Of a stretch of DNA of 48,598 nt, positions 1 to 8,538 are shown piece by piece. The stretch's first letter is position 1, and each line of letters begins with the position of its first letter. Origin of the DNA: Candidatus Saccharimonadales bacterium (lineage in GTDB: Bacteria; Patescibacteriota; Microgenomatia; Curtissbacterales; GWA2-41-24); the NCBI GenBank assembly GCA_035480415.1, contig DATIHT010000093.1:1-48598 (forward strand). The letters are read 5' to 3'. Below the pieces are notes generated by a model, which saw only the letters and a list, made by a program, of their open reading frames with translations, was not told the DNA's origin and did not search any database. The translations under genes were made by a program, and so were the position numbers.

Positions 1-106
1 TTTTGCTTTGACTATCCCAACAGGTCTGCCGCGAAGTCTTGGGTTTGCCTGCTGTTCTGCTGTTGCAAAAAAACTATTTAAATCAACGTGAAGAATTGTG
101 CGCTCA

Positions 107-355
107 TCAGTCATTGTTCATTACTTTTTTAAGTGTCCATAAGTTGTTTTCGTTGTTCATTTCCAGCTCAAAAGTAGAATCAGCAGCAGCGCAAATCAAG
201 CTGGTAAACTTTACATTGCCAATGCGTTTGCTAGTTTTTAGTAAGAGTTTTTCGAACTTGATGTAGCGCCTACGCCAGTTCATAGCAATAGGAAAGATGC
301 CATCATCAAAAAATGCCCAGACTTTTATTTTTTCATCGATTTCCAAATCGCTCAT
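107..355 (-). CDS. hypothetical small protein (82 aa)
   Basis: Intact ATG-to-TGA frame. It overlaps a 75-aa low-complexity + frame, so the - frame is preferred. No motif recognised. Confidence 0.3.
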   Translation of the reverse strand: MSDLEIDEKIKVWAFFDDGIFPIAMNWRRRYIKFEKLLLKTSKRIGNVKFTSLICAAADSTFELEMNNENNLWTLKKVMNND

Positions 356-441
356 ACATAGATGTTATACCCAAACAAAACCCGAAGTCAATAAGTCAGT
401 TTTGATTCACAAAGCCAATAGGTGCTACATTGGGAAATGAC

Positions 442-1518
442 ATGGATTCTCCTATATCGTACAGAAACTATCTGGATTTTCTAGAAGAAAAAGCCGCCTT
501 CCCGCTACGCCACAAAATCGCAGCAGGAGCAACGATTCTTCTTTTTATAATAGTAGGCGCATTAACCACGAGCTATTACCAATATAAAAAAGACCTGCCA
601 AAAATTGCCAAATACAATTATTTGCAAGAAACCAGCCAGGACTTTGCAGCCAATGCTCAATCGCTAAACGATGTTCTAAACGCTTTTAAAATAGCAGGCC
701 AGAAAGTACAAATAGTGGGTAACGATCAGGAACCTCAAGCTGCAGCTTCTAGTTTTTTTGTCGCCATGGACGATTTGGAAAAAACGAGCCAGCTTATTGG
801 CGCCACCACCAAAAACATAGAAAGCCAAAAGGCTAAAATCGAGGAATCGGCTGTGCCGCAAGAACTGGCAGATCTTAAAGATCAAATTACCAATTTCTAT
901 GACCAGTCTGCAACTACATTATCTACTCTAAACGACGATCAGGAATTTGCCAGACAGCTTATTTTGGCATCCGGGCCTAAGTTTTATCAGCCAACCTTAA
1001 CAGACGAAAGCCTGTGGGAAAGCCCCGACAAGAAAAAAATTATAGATTACTATGGGCAAACTAAAGTCGATGCCAACGCAGCGCTTGGCCAACTCGCTAC
1101 TCTTTCGCCGCCTGCCCACTTCCAGCAATACTATGAGGCCCAGATTGAATACTTAAGCCGCCTGGTAACGCTCTCGGACAATATTATCAACACACTTGCC
1201 GTTGCCGACGACCCAAACCGCGACGTAGCAACCCAAATCGAAAAGGCTTATCAGTATCTAACAATTGCCAAAAAAGAAAACGAAACTACTGCAAAAAGGC
1301 TTTTTTCCGAACGACTAAAGCTTGTAGATATTCAGGAAAACTTAAATAAACTGGCACCGGTACAGCTGCAAAAAAACTCAACTGCTGCAAATTTGAAGCT
1401 GGAAATTGAACAAACACCAAAAGTAGAACCCAATTTGTACTTCCAAACAATTTACACAAAATCGCAAAGTATTTTTACAGGCTTTACAAACACCTACACA
1501 AATTTGATAAAATTATAG
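442..1518 (+). CDS. hypothetical membrane-anchored protein
   Basis: Long ORF (track 430..1518). The first in-frame ATG at 442 follows TGcTACATT (423-431). One N-terminal TM segment (GATILLFIIVGALTTSYY), then a Q/E/K-rich soluble part. No family recognised. Confidence 0.55.
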   Translation: MDSPISYRNYLDFLEEKAAFPLRHKIAAGATILLFIIVGALTTSYYQYKKDLPKIAKYNYLQETSQDFAANAQSLNDVLNAFKIAGQKVQIVGNDQEPQAAASSFFVAMDDLEKTSQLIGATTKNIESQKAKIEESAVPQELADLKDQITNFYDQSATTLSTLNDDQEFARQLILASGPKFYQPTLTDESLWESPDKKKIIDYYGQTKVDANAALGQLATLSPPAHFQQYYEAQIEYLSRLVTLSDNIINTLAVADDPNRDVATQIEKAYQYLTIAKKENETTAKRLFSERLKLVDIQENLNKLAPVQLQKNSTAANLKLEIEQTPKVEPNLYFQTIYTKSQSIFTGFTNTYTNLIKL

Positions 1519-1532
1519 GCAAAGGAGGAACT

Positions 1533-1724
1533 ATGGACGACCAAACAAACAATCCTATGGATGATCAAAATCCAGGAACACCTGCAGATGACTCAATGCC
1601 AGCTGCACCAGCAGAAGGCGAAGAAGCTCCAGCAGAAGGCGGAGATTCAGCTCCTATGGGCGATTCTCAGCCAGCAGCAGAAGAACCAGCAGGTGAAACA
1701 CCAGCTGAAGAACCAGCTGCCTAA
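1533..1724 (+). CDS. small acidic Pro/Ala/Glu-rich protein (63 aa)
   Basis: ATG lies 4 nt after a canonical AAGGAGG (1522-1528). Internally repetitive (CCAGCAGAAGGCG occurs twice). Low-complexity, so coding status is uncertain. Confidence 0.45.
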   Translation: MDDQTNNPMDDQNPGTPADDSMPAAPAEGEEAPAEGGDSAPMGDSQPAAEEPAGETPAEEPAA

Positions 1725-1747
1725 CTAATTGATAATCACCCACAGCA

Positions 1748-1775
1748 TTGACAGGTACGTAAGTGTCCCTATATT
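1748..1775 (+). promoter_or_regulatory. sigma70-type promoter TTGACA-16 nt-TATATT
   Basis: TTGACA at 1748-1753 and TATATT at 1770-1775, 17 nt upstream of ATG 1793. Confidence 0.5.
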
Positions 1776-1792
1776 GTAGAAAGAAGGTACTT

Positions 1793-2464
1793 ATGTCTTT
1801 GCACAAGTTTAAGAGTAATCTTAAATCCTCAACGGTGATTATTTTTCTTATTGTTTACGGACTAGGGTTTTTCCTTCTAGGCAAAAATTCTAGTCTTGTA
1901 AACAGTATTAAGATAAAAGGTGTAAAAACCCAAAAGGCTATAGACACACCACTAAACTCTCCGATACCTGCAGCAGACACCCAAACGGCAACAATAACAG
2001 CAGCTTTTGTAAAGCTTTGCGCAAACACAGTTTATGGGTTTGAAGTTTCCTACCCTAAAGATTACTTCACAACCTACAACACAGAAGACCAAAAATGCGC
2101 TTTTTTCGCACCTTATTCTTTTGTAGTCCCTTACGACACGACCACCTTCCAGATTCCGATTAAAATCGAGGTGATAAAACCGGCAGATTGGGGCGGAGAA
2201 GTTAACTTTGCCAAAACACCAAACGATTTCCAAAACATAGTCTCTGTTGAAGATATTGACGTTAATGGCAAATCTGTTAAAAAAATCGACGCAACACTAA
2301 CGGGGGAGGGCTCAACTCAAAAGGGCTTTGTTAAAACCACCTACATGATTTTTGACGATAAAAATCCCCTGATTGTTTCTTATGTGCAACAAGATGCCAA
2401 AGATAATGTGGATTCTTTCCAAAAAGTCCTCGAGGAAATGGTGCACTCAGTAAATTACTTTTAA
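1793..2464 (+). CDS. hypothetical exported/membrane-anchored protein
   Basis: ORF track 1763..2464. ATG 1793 is preferred because it lies downstream of the promoter and a GAAAGAAGG stretch. N-terminal TM (VIIFLIVYGLGFFLLG). No family recognised. Confidence 0.55.
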   Translation: MSLHKFKSNLKSSTVIIFLIVYGLGFFLLGKNSSLVNSIKIKGVKTQKAIDTPLNSPIPAADTQTATITAAFVKLCANTVYGFEVSYPKDYFTTYNTEDQKCAFFAPYSFVVPYDTTTFQIPIKIEVIKPADWGGEVNFAKTPNDFQNIVSVEDIDVNGKSVKKIDATLTGEGSTQKGFVKTTYMIFDDKNPLIVSYVQQDAKDNVDSFQKVLEEMVHSVNYF

Positions 2465-2576
2465 ACTTCTTGCTATTATAAATTAATTTTAAATCGAGCT
2501 TTGCTCGTTTAAAATTATCCACTGAAGGGAAAGAGAAATACTAAAGAGAAAACCGTAGGCTGTCTCTTTAGATCAA

Positions 2577-2646
2577 AAAAAAAGAAAAGGCCCTCTTGCG
2601 AGAGCCCTCTCAGGTGCTTACATTGCTGCAAGCAAAAACATTTATA
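2577..2646 (-). repeat. copy A of a ~70-nt two-hairpin element (terminator-like on the minus strand)
   Basis: Aligns with 6657-6729: shared AAAAAAGAAAAGGCC, TCTTGCGAGA, GCCC, TCAG and AAGCAAAnACATTTATA. On the minus strand it reads TATAAATG, hairpin, GCAA-loop GC hairpin, then a T-run. It lies 60 nt downstream of the response-regulator stop. Confidence 0.55.
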
Positions 2647-2707
2647 TTGCGTGTAAATTTTCTTGTCAATAACCAAACAAGGGCCTTGTATAATAAGAGG
2701 GGAAAAT

Positions 2708-3106
2708 TCAGGCTAAATATTTCTTTACTTCGCCGATGACAACATCAGGATTATTGTCTATTTTTAGCATATATTTTTTAGCACCTAGGGCAAGCGCTTT
2801 TTGCTGACTTTGGGAATCACTCAAATTAGTAATAACAACAACAGGCGTATTTTTAATCTGATCATCGCGATTTATGGCCGCCAAAACAGAAAGCCCGTCC
2901 ATTTTGGGAAGCATTAAATCCAAAAGTACTGCGCCTGGTTTTTCGTCTTTTATCTTTTTGAGTGCTTCCTGTCCGTCAACTGCAACAATTACGTCGAGTC
3001 CTTGGTTTACGGCTTCTATTTGATATAAATCGCGGATAAAAAAATCGTCTTCCACGATTAATATTTTTTTTCTAAGGCTGGGATGCGTCTGAAGTAAATC
3101 GGCCAC
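2708..3106 (-). CDS. response regulator, receiver domain only (CheY-like)
   Basis: KKILIVEDD...LLDLMLPKMDG...VVVITN...K pattern of REC domains. No output domain. GTG start. Confidence 0.85.
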   Translation of the reverse strand: MADLLQTHPSLRKKILIVEDDFFIRDLYQIEAVNQGLDVIVAVDGQEALKKIKDEKPGAVLLDLMLPKMDGLSVLAAINRDDQIKNTPVVVITNLSDSQSQQKALALGAKKYMLKIDNNPDVVIGEVKKYLA

Positions 3107-3195
3107 AATACTTGTATATCATCATGCCAAAGCAATTGCAAATTACTCACTTGACTTGGTGCTTTAATTGTCGTTATGCTCTAATTAGATAGCAA

Positions 3196-4398
3196 ATGAA
3201 CTTCACACTGCCCAGATTAAATCTTCGTAGAGGTTTTACGCCCATTATTGTTTTGTTGGTAGTTGCAGTACTCGCAGTTGCCACTTATTTTATATGGAAT
3301 AAGCTAAACCTAAAGGCGCCCGGTAACTCTGCGCAACCTGTAACAATTAAAGTCGGAATATTAAGCCCGCTTACAAAAGAGCTCTCCGATTATGGAATAA
3401 GCCTAAGAGACGGTGCAACGCTGGCAGCACAGGAGATTAACAACGAAGGCAAAGTTAAAATTGAACTCGTAGAGAAAGATGAAGAAGGCAGCCCAGAACT
3501 TTCCAAGAAGTTAGCAGCAGAACTGGGAGATGACCCAAATGTAGTTGGAATCATCGGTCCAATCACAAGCACCGATGTTCTTGCAGACGGTCCAGTCGCA
3601 GGATCTAAAAAAGTAGCACTTATTAGTCCATCTGCAACAAACCCAAAGATTTCCGGTCTTAGCGAATATGTATTTAGGGTTTGCCCTTCGGATAGTCAGC
3701 AGGGTAAAGAACTTGCTGCTTTCGTACTCAATAACCTAAAGACAAACAGAGTAGCCGTATTAGTAGATAACGCTGAAAAATCCAAAGACTACAGCCAGGG
3801 ACTGGCAGATGTATTTGCGGCAGAATTCAAAAGACTAGGTGGCACAGTAGCAGTTACAGATACCTACAAAACTGGGGATGCAGATTACACCAGACAACTT
3901 GCAGCAATCAAAGCAGCAGGCGATGTTAAGGTTATATTCCTACCTGGATACACAACAGAAGCAGCACTACTCTCACAAGCAATCAAAAAACAGGGACTCG
4001 ACATTAGAGTCGTAGGTGGAGACGGAGTTGGAGAAGGCGTTATGAACGGCGAACTAATCAAAGCAGGCGGAGCAGCAGTAGAGGGGTTAATCGCAACTTC
4101 TTTCTTTGACCCCAACGATCCGGCACCAGATGTACAAGGTTTCATCAAGGCCTACCAGGCTAAGTTCGGTAAAGCACCATCCTGGGTTGCTGCAAACTCT
4201 TACGATGCCATGAAAGTCATAGCAGCCTCAGCAGAAAAAGTAGGAAAAGCAGATAAAGTTCAAATCGCCCAACAGATATCTGCCTCCAAAGGCGTTGATG
4301 GTCTGGACAGAATGATTTCCTTTGATAAAAACGGAGATGTCTCCAGCTCTATTCTTAAATTGGAAATAAAAGGTGGCAAGTATCAAATTTTCAAATAA
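3196..4398 (+). CDS. LivK-like (type 1 periplasmic binding fold) substrate-binding protein, TM-anchored
   Basis: VKVGILSPLT..YG...GATLAAQEIN and IIGPITS..ISPSATNP are typical of branched-chain amino-acid binding proteins. N-terminal TM anchor. Confidence 0.75.
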   Translation: MNFTLPRLNLRRGFTPIIVLLVVAVLAVATYFIWNKLNLKAPGNSAQPVTIKVGILSPLTKELSDYGISLRDGATLAAQEINNEGKVKIELVEKDEEGSPELSKKLAAELGDDPNVVGIIGPITSTDVLADGPVAGSKKVALISPSATNPKISGLSEYVFRVCPSDSQQGKELAAFVLNNLKTNRVAVLVDNAEKSKDYSQGLADVFAAEFKRLGGTVAVTDTYKTGDADYTRQLAAIKAAGDVKVIFLPGYTTEAALLSQAIKKQGLDIRVVGGDGVGEGVMNGELIKAGGAAVEGLIATSFFDPNDPAPDVQGFIKAYQAKFGKAPSWVAANSYDAMKVIAASAEKVGKADKVQIAQQISASKGVDGLDRMISFDKNGDVSSSILKLEIKGGKYQIFK

Positions 4399-4407
4399 TC
4401 AACTCAT

Positions 4408-6636
4408 GTGGATTCGCCAAGCACTCTTAGCCCCCACCCTTTAGGTCAAAAAAAACGCACCAATCGATTTAGCCTGTTTATTAAAATCAGCGTTGCGACG
4501 TTGATTGCCAGTTTGATTCCCGTTTTGCTTCTGGGCTTTTACGCCACTACCAAAACCTCCCAAACCACCCAAAACGCAGCGCTCGAAACTAACCACATAA
4601 TCTCCCAACAGGCCAGTCTCCAGGCAGACGTTTTTTTAGCAAACGTAGAAAAGACAATTGAGGCAATTTCAGACAGGATTTCAAATCAGACTGGAATTGA
4701 CAATACTAACGGAACCCTCGAGTACTACCACGACAACTTCACTATCTTTAATACTCCTGTTTTTGAATCTTTTGTAATGCTAGACAAAAACGGTGCGGCA
4801 ATTACAGTTGCACCTTTTAACGAAGCCTTTGTTGGATACGATTATTCCAGACAGGATTTCTTTAGAAGAGCAGTAGACACAAGGTCCAGTTACTTCTCAC
4901 CCGGCGTGGACGTATCCAAAGTTACCAAGAAACCTATTGTCCGAATAGCTGTGCCTAAAATGGAAAACGGCGATGTTGCATTTGTTTTGGTCGCAGACGT
5001 ATCACTCGAAGGAATTACAAGGCTTAGTAATCAGATTAAAGTAGGGAAAACCGGTTTTGCGTTTATAGTCGACGAAAAGGGCACAATTATTGCCCACCCA
5101 AACGAGGATTTCGTAAATCAACAACAAAACATAAGCAATATTTACTCTGGCGTTACCACTACAACTCTGGCAGAACACCCAGGTTTTATTAAGTGGCCGG
5201 AATCGAAAACTCAAGTGTTTTTGAACCCTTCCAGATTGCAAAACGTAGGTTGGTTCGTAGTCTTCAAACAAGATAATTCAGAAATTTTTGCACTAACAAA
5301 TTCCCTCCGGACTCAACTAATTCTTTTGTTTCTGGCGACTTTAAGTTTCATATCTGCCTCAACCTTTGTAATATCCAGACAAATCGTAAAGCCAATCAAG
5401 CTTGTTCATGACGCCTTTGAACGATTTGGCATGGGCGATTTAAAAGCAAGAGTAAAAGTACAAACAAGAGACGAAATCGAAGACCTGGCCAACGGTTTCA
5501 ACGCAATGGCACAAAATCTGGAAGAATCTCTTTCTGTAATTTCCGCAGAGAGAAATAAGTTGTCTCTTACAATTTCAAGCATAGTAGATGCAATCGTTGC
5601 CATCGATTACAACCGGAACATAATTATTTTCAACAAAGCAGCAGAACTTCTAACCGGGATAAAAAATAGCGATGCCATCGGCAAACCAATAAATCAAATA
5701 ATTGAACTTTATGACAAGGAAATACTAATCCCGGACTCTGTTTACTGTCCACTGGACAGAAACATAGAAGAAGGGATTCTTTTTAGTCACAATAATTTAA
5801 AATTGGCAAAACGTGACGGAAAAGAAGCGTATGTGAATGTTACTTCCGGCTGCATTCGCGAAGGAAGAGTAACAAACCTGGCCTGCATTTTAACAATGCA
5901 CGACATCACGGCAGAAATAGATCTGGAAAGGATGAAGATGGACTTCATCTCAATTGCAGCTCATCAGCTTAGAACCCCGCTTACCGCAATCAAGGGCTAC
6001 CTTTCTATGCTCTCCGGCGAGGTTAGGAACAAACTTACAGACCAGGAAGGCCTTTTCCTGACAAGAATCGATCTTGCAACCCAGCGGCTTCTTACACTTG
6101 TCCAAAACCTGCTTTCCGTAACTAAGGTCGAAAGAGGAGTCTTCAGGGTTGAAATGGGTGTTGTCGATATAGCATCCCTGGTAGAAAAAACGGTTGATGA
6201 GTTTGTAGATAGGGCAAAGTTTGAATTTATCAACCTAACATACAAAAAACCAACAACACCTATTCCAAATGTAATTGCCGACAGCCTGGGAATTCACGAA
6301 GTACTTTCAAACCTGATTTCAAATGCCATTGATTACAATAAACCTGAAGGCAAAATAGAAGTGTCCCTGGAAGTAGTCGGGGAAATGGTAAATGTATATG
6401 TAACCGATAATGGCGTAGGTATTCCAAAAGACGCAATACCAAAACTATTTACTAAGTTCTACCAGGTTTCCGGACCAATGAGAATAGGATCAACCGCCAA
6501 GGGGTCAGGTCTGGGTCTCTACATATCAAAAGCAGTAATCGAGGCACACAAAGGCAACATCTGGGTAGATTCCGAATACGACAAAGGTTCAACTTTTGCT
6601 TTTTCGCTTCACATTCACAAACCAGGATCCATTTGA
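4408..6636 (+). CDS. sensor histidine kinase (dCache-like, HAMP, PAS, HisKA, HATPase)
   Basis: H-box FISIAAHQLRTPLT, N-box LSNLISNAIDYN, G-boxes DNGVGI and GSGLGLYI. Two TM segments flank a ~270-aa extracellular domain. GTG start 9 nt after the binding-protein stop. Confidence 0.85.
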   Translation: MDSPSTLSPHPLGQKKRTNRFSLFIKISVATLIASLIPVLLLGFYATTKTSQTTQNAALETNHIISQQASLQADVFLANVEKTIEAISDRISNQTGIDNTNGTLEYYHDNFTIFNTPVFESFVMLDKNGAAITVAPFNEAFVGYDYSRQDFFRRAVDTRSSYFSPGVDVSKVTKKPIVRIAVPKMENGDVAFVLVADVSLEGITRLSNQIKVGKTGFAFIVDEKGTIIAHPNEDFVNQQQNISNIYSGVTTTTLAEHPGFIKWPESKTQVFLNPSRLQNVGWFVVFKQDNSEIFALTNSLRTQLILLFLATLSFISASTFVISRQIVKPIKLVHDAFERFGMGDLKARVKVQTRDEIEDLANGFNAMAQNLEESLSVISAERNKLSLTISSIVDAIVAIDYNRNIIIFNKAAELLTGIKNSDAIGKPINQIIELYDKEILIPDSVYCPLDRNIEEGILFSHNNLKLAKRDGKEAYVNVTSGCIREGRVTNLACILTMHDITAEIDLERMKMDFISIAAHQLRTPLTAIKGYLSMLSGEVRNKLTDQEGLFLTRIDLATQRLLTLVQNLLSVTKVERGVFRVEMGVVDIASLVEKTVDEFVDRAKFEFINLTYKKPTTPIPNVIADSLGIHEVLSNLISNAIDYNKPEGKIEVSLEVVGEMVNVYVTDNGVGIPKDAIPKLFTKFYQVSGPMRIGSTAKGSGLGLYISKAVIEAHKGNIWVDSEYDKGSTFAFSLHIHKPGSI

Positions 6637-6656
6637 TTTAAAGGGAATAAAGGAGT

Positions 6657-6729
6657 AAAAAAGAAAAGGCCTCTCTTGCGAGAAGCCCCTTCAGATTTGC
6701 CTATCTTGCGATAAGCAAAGACATTTATA
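6657..6729 (-). repeat. copy B of the two-hairpin element (orphan; candidate small RNA)
   Basis: Same architecture as 2577-2646. Hairpin 1 has changed sequence but still pairs (TTGCCTATC-TTGC-GATAAGCAA). There is no minus-strand gene upstream for it to terminate. Confidence 0.45.
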
Positions 6730-6788
6730 CAACTAGAGAAAAAAAGTGTCAACTAGAAATTAAAGTATCAAACTAGGTCAAAAATACT

Positions 6789-8048
6789 ATGAGGCAAATA
6801 GACGGTAAAGACATATTTTCTGTGTCAGAGGTAAATTATTTTGCCAAGCAAACCCTGGAGCAAATGACTTTCTGGGTAGAGGGTGAAATTTCCAGCGCCA
6901 AGAAAAACCCTAGCTGGAACTTTTTTTATCTGGATCTTAAAGACGACAAGGCTCTCCTTCCGTGTATTTCAGAAGGATATAAACTCGAAGGCCTAGGCGA
7001 AGATTTAGTGGGCCAGAAAATTCTAGCCTACGGAAACCTTTCCCTGTACGAACCTTTTGGAAAATTTCAGTTTAAAATCGCAAAGATTGAAAAGTTCGGC
7101 GAAGGTTTACTGCAAAAACAGCTGGAAGAGCTTATTAAAAAACTGAAATCAGAGGGCCTGTTCGACGCCAAGCATAAAAAGGAATTACCAAAATATCCAA
7201 AAAGAATTTGTATAGTAACTTCCCAAGGTTCTGACGCATGGAACGATTTTAAAAAACACACTGTCGGACAATTTCCAATTATCGAACTTTATACAGCAGA
7301 CGTTCGCGTTCAAGGTCCTAAGTCGCCTGCAAGTCTCCTAAAGGTTCTCCCACAGGTCGACACTCAAGGTTTTGATCTTATTGTGATAACCCGAGGTGGT
7401 GGCTCCATAGAAGACTTGGCAGCCTTCAACGACGAACAGGTTGCGAGGGCAATTTTTAAAATGGAGACACCGACAATTGTTGCAATCGGCCACGAGGCAA
7501 ACGAGTCTTTGGCAGAGTGGGTTTCAGACAGACGCGCTTCAACTCCGACCGACGCTGCTCACATAGTAATCTCTGGCTATCAAAGCCTCCTGCAAACCTT
7601 AAATAATCTAAAATATCAACTAGAATCTAAATCCACATACTATTTTTCTACAAACTTCCAAAGATTAGATTATATTTATCTCCAGCTTCAACAAACTAAA
7701 ACAACATTTAAAGACCTGCCGCACCGCCTGAATGGCATTCGCGAGGTGTTAAGACGCCATGAAAAGCATCAAATAGCAGACGCTAGGGATAAAGTCGACG
7801 AACTGATAGCACAAATTCAAAAGGAATTAAGGCAGCAGCTGCAAAATAAGAGCCAAAATTTACAACACGTTCACAAATCACTTGTTTTACTTTCGCCACA
7901 AAACACCCTGTCCAGAGGATACTCAATTACAACAGATGAAAACGGGAAAATAGTGCGCAGCATAAAAGCCGTTGATGTTGGGTCTGTAGTTGGTATAAAA
8001 TTGCAGGACGGATCACTTAAGACTAAAGTAACAAAAATTAGAGAATAG
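6789..8048 (+). CDS. xseA: exodeoxyribonuclease VII large subunit
   Basis: N-terminal OB-fold signature (SVSEVN..AKQTLE...WVEGEIS), ITRGGGS..DL..FN motif, and a long C-terminal coiled coil. Confidence 0.9.
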   Translation: MRQIDGKDIFSVSEVNYFAKQTLEQMTFWVEGEISSAKKNPSWNFFYLDLKDDKALLPCISEGYKLEGLGEDLVGQKILAYGNLSLYEPFGKFQFKIAKIEKFGEGLLQKQLEELIKKLKSEGLFDAKHKKELPKYPKRICIVTSQGSDAWNDFKKHTVGQFPIIELYTADVRVQGPKSPASLLKVLPQVDTQGFDLIVITRGGGSIEDLAAFNDEQVARAIFKMETPTIVAIGHEANESLAEWVSDRRASTPTDAAHIVISGYQSLLQTLNNLKYQLESKSTYYFSTNFQRLDYIYLQLQQTKTTFKDLPHRLNGIREVLRRHEKHQIADARDKVDELIAQIQKELRQQLQNKSQNLQHVHKSLVLLSPQNTLSRGYSITTDENGKIVRSIKAVDVGSVVGIKLQDGSLKTKVTKIRE

Positions 8049-8172
8049 TCGTTTAGAAAATAGAAATTTGTAATTGAGACAAGAAAATTGAAAACGGATT
8101 TAAGCACTAATTTCAAATATCTATTTTCCATTACTAATATCCAATCTCTAAATAACTAATATCAAAAATAAA
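8049..8172 (+). repeat. ORF-less palindromic AT-rich spacer element (family E)
   Basis: 8054-8077 is identical to 39675-39698 (24 nt). 8131-8160 matches 39750-39779 at 29/30. The arms are partly self-complementary (GAAAATAG/CTATTTTC). Confidence 0.7.
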
Positions 8173-8373
8173 ATGACTAAAGATTCCATTAATTTCACCC
8201 AGGCGCTAAAAAGGCTCGAAGAAATCGTCACAAAACTCGAAGGGCCGGATTTGGATTTAGAAGAAGGGCTCAAGCTTTTGGAAGAAGGCGTAAAGCTGCA
8301 CAAACTTTGTAAAGAAAAGCTAACCGAGGCAAACGCAAAGATCACGACTATTCTGAAGGAAGACGACAATTAA
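8173..8373 (+). CDS. xseB: exodeoxyribonuclease VII small subunit
   Basis: FTQALKRLEEIVTKLE...LEEGLKLLEEG is the XseB helical hairpin signature. Adjacent to xseA. Confidence 0.85.
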   Translation: MTKDSINFTQALKRLEEIVTKLEGPDLDLEEGLKLLEEGVKLHKLCKEKLTEANAKITTILKEDDN

Positions 8374-8538
8374 TTTTTAATTTATAATTTAAAATTTTTA
8401 ATATGAGAGCATATTTTTTATTTCATAAAAAAGTAAATCTAAATGATTAAATTTTTAAATATTAAAACATTGAAAATTCAATAAGCAGAGCTTTTCTGCG
8501 AATAAAAATTAAGAATTTAAAATTGAAAATTTGCAAAA
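8374..8538 (+). repeat. very AT-rich spacer element (family F)
   Basis: Shares AATTTTTAATTTAYAATTT..TTAATTTTTAAT and AAAAATTAnnAATTTAAAATT blocks with 14786-14899 and 35598-35709. Its core AAATCTAAATG is the reverse complement of CATTTAGATTT in the other two copies. Confidence 0.55.

Noticed and set aside
39-266. 75-aa plus-strand ORF at the window start.
   Set aside because: It overlaps the 82-aa minus-strand ORF. Its product is hydrophobic and low-complexity with no start signal. Both are weak, and only the minus frame is reported, at low confidence.
2486-2571. Two further hairpins downstream of ORF 1793-2464: CGAGC-ttt-GCTCG with AT extensions (2486-2515), and CTAAAGAGA-13nt-TCTCTTTAG (2541-2571).
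   Set aside because: They are real inverted repeats, but neither has a following T-run on the plus strand and neither recurs elsewhere. I could not assign a function beyond possible transcript-end structures.
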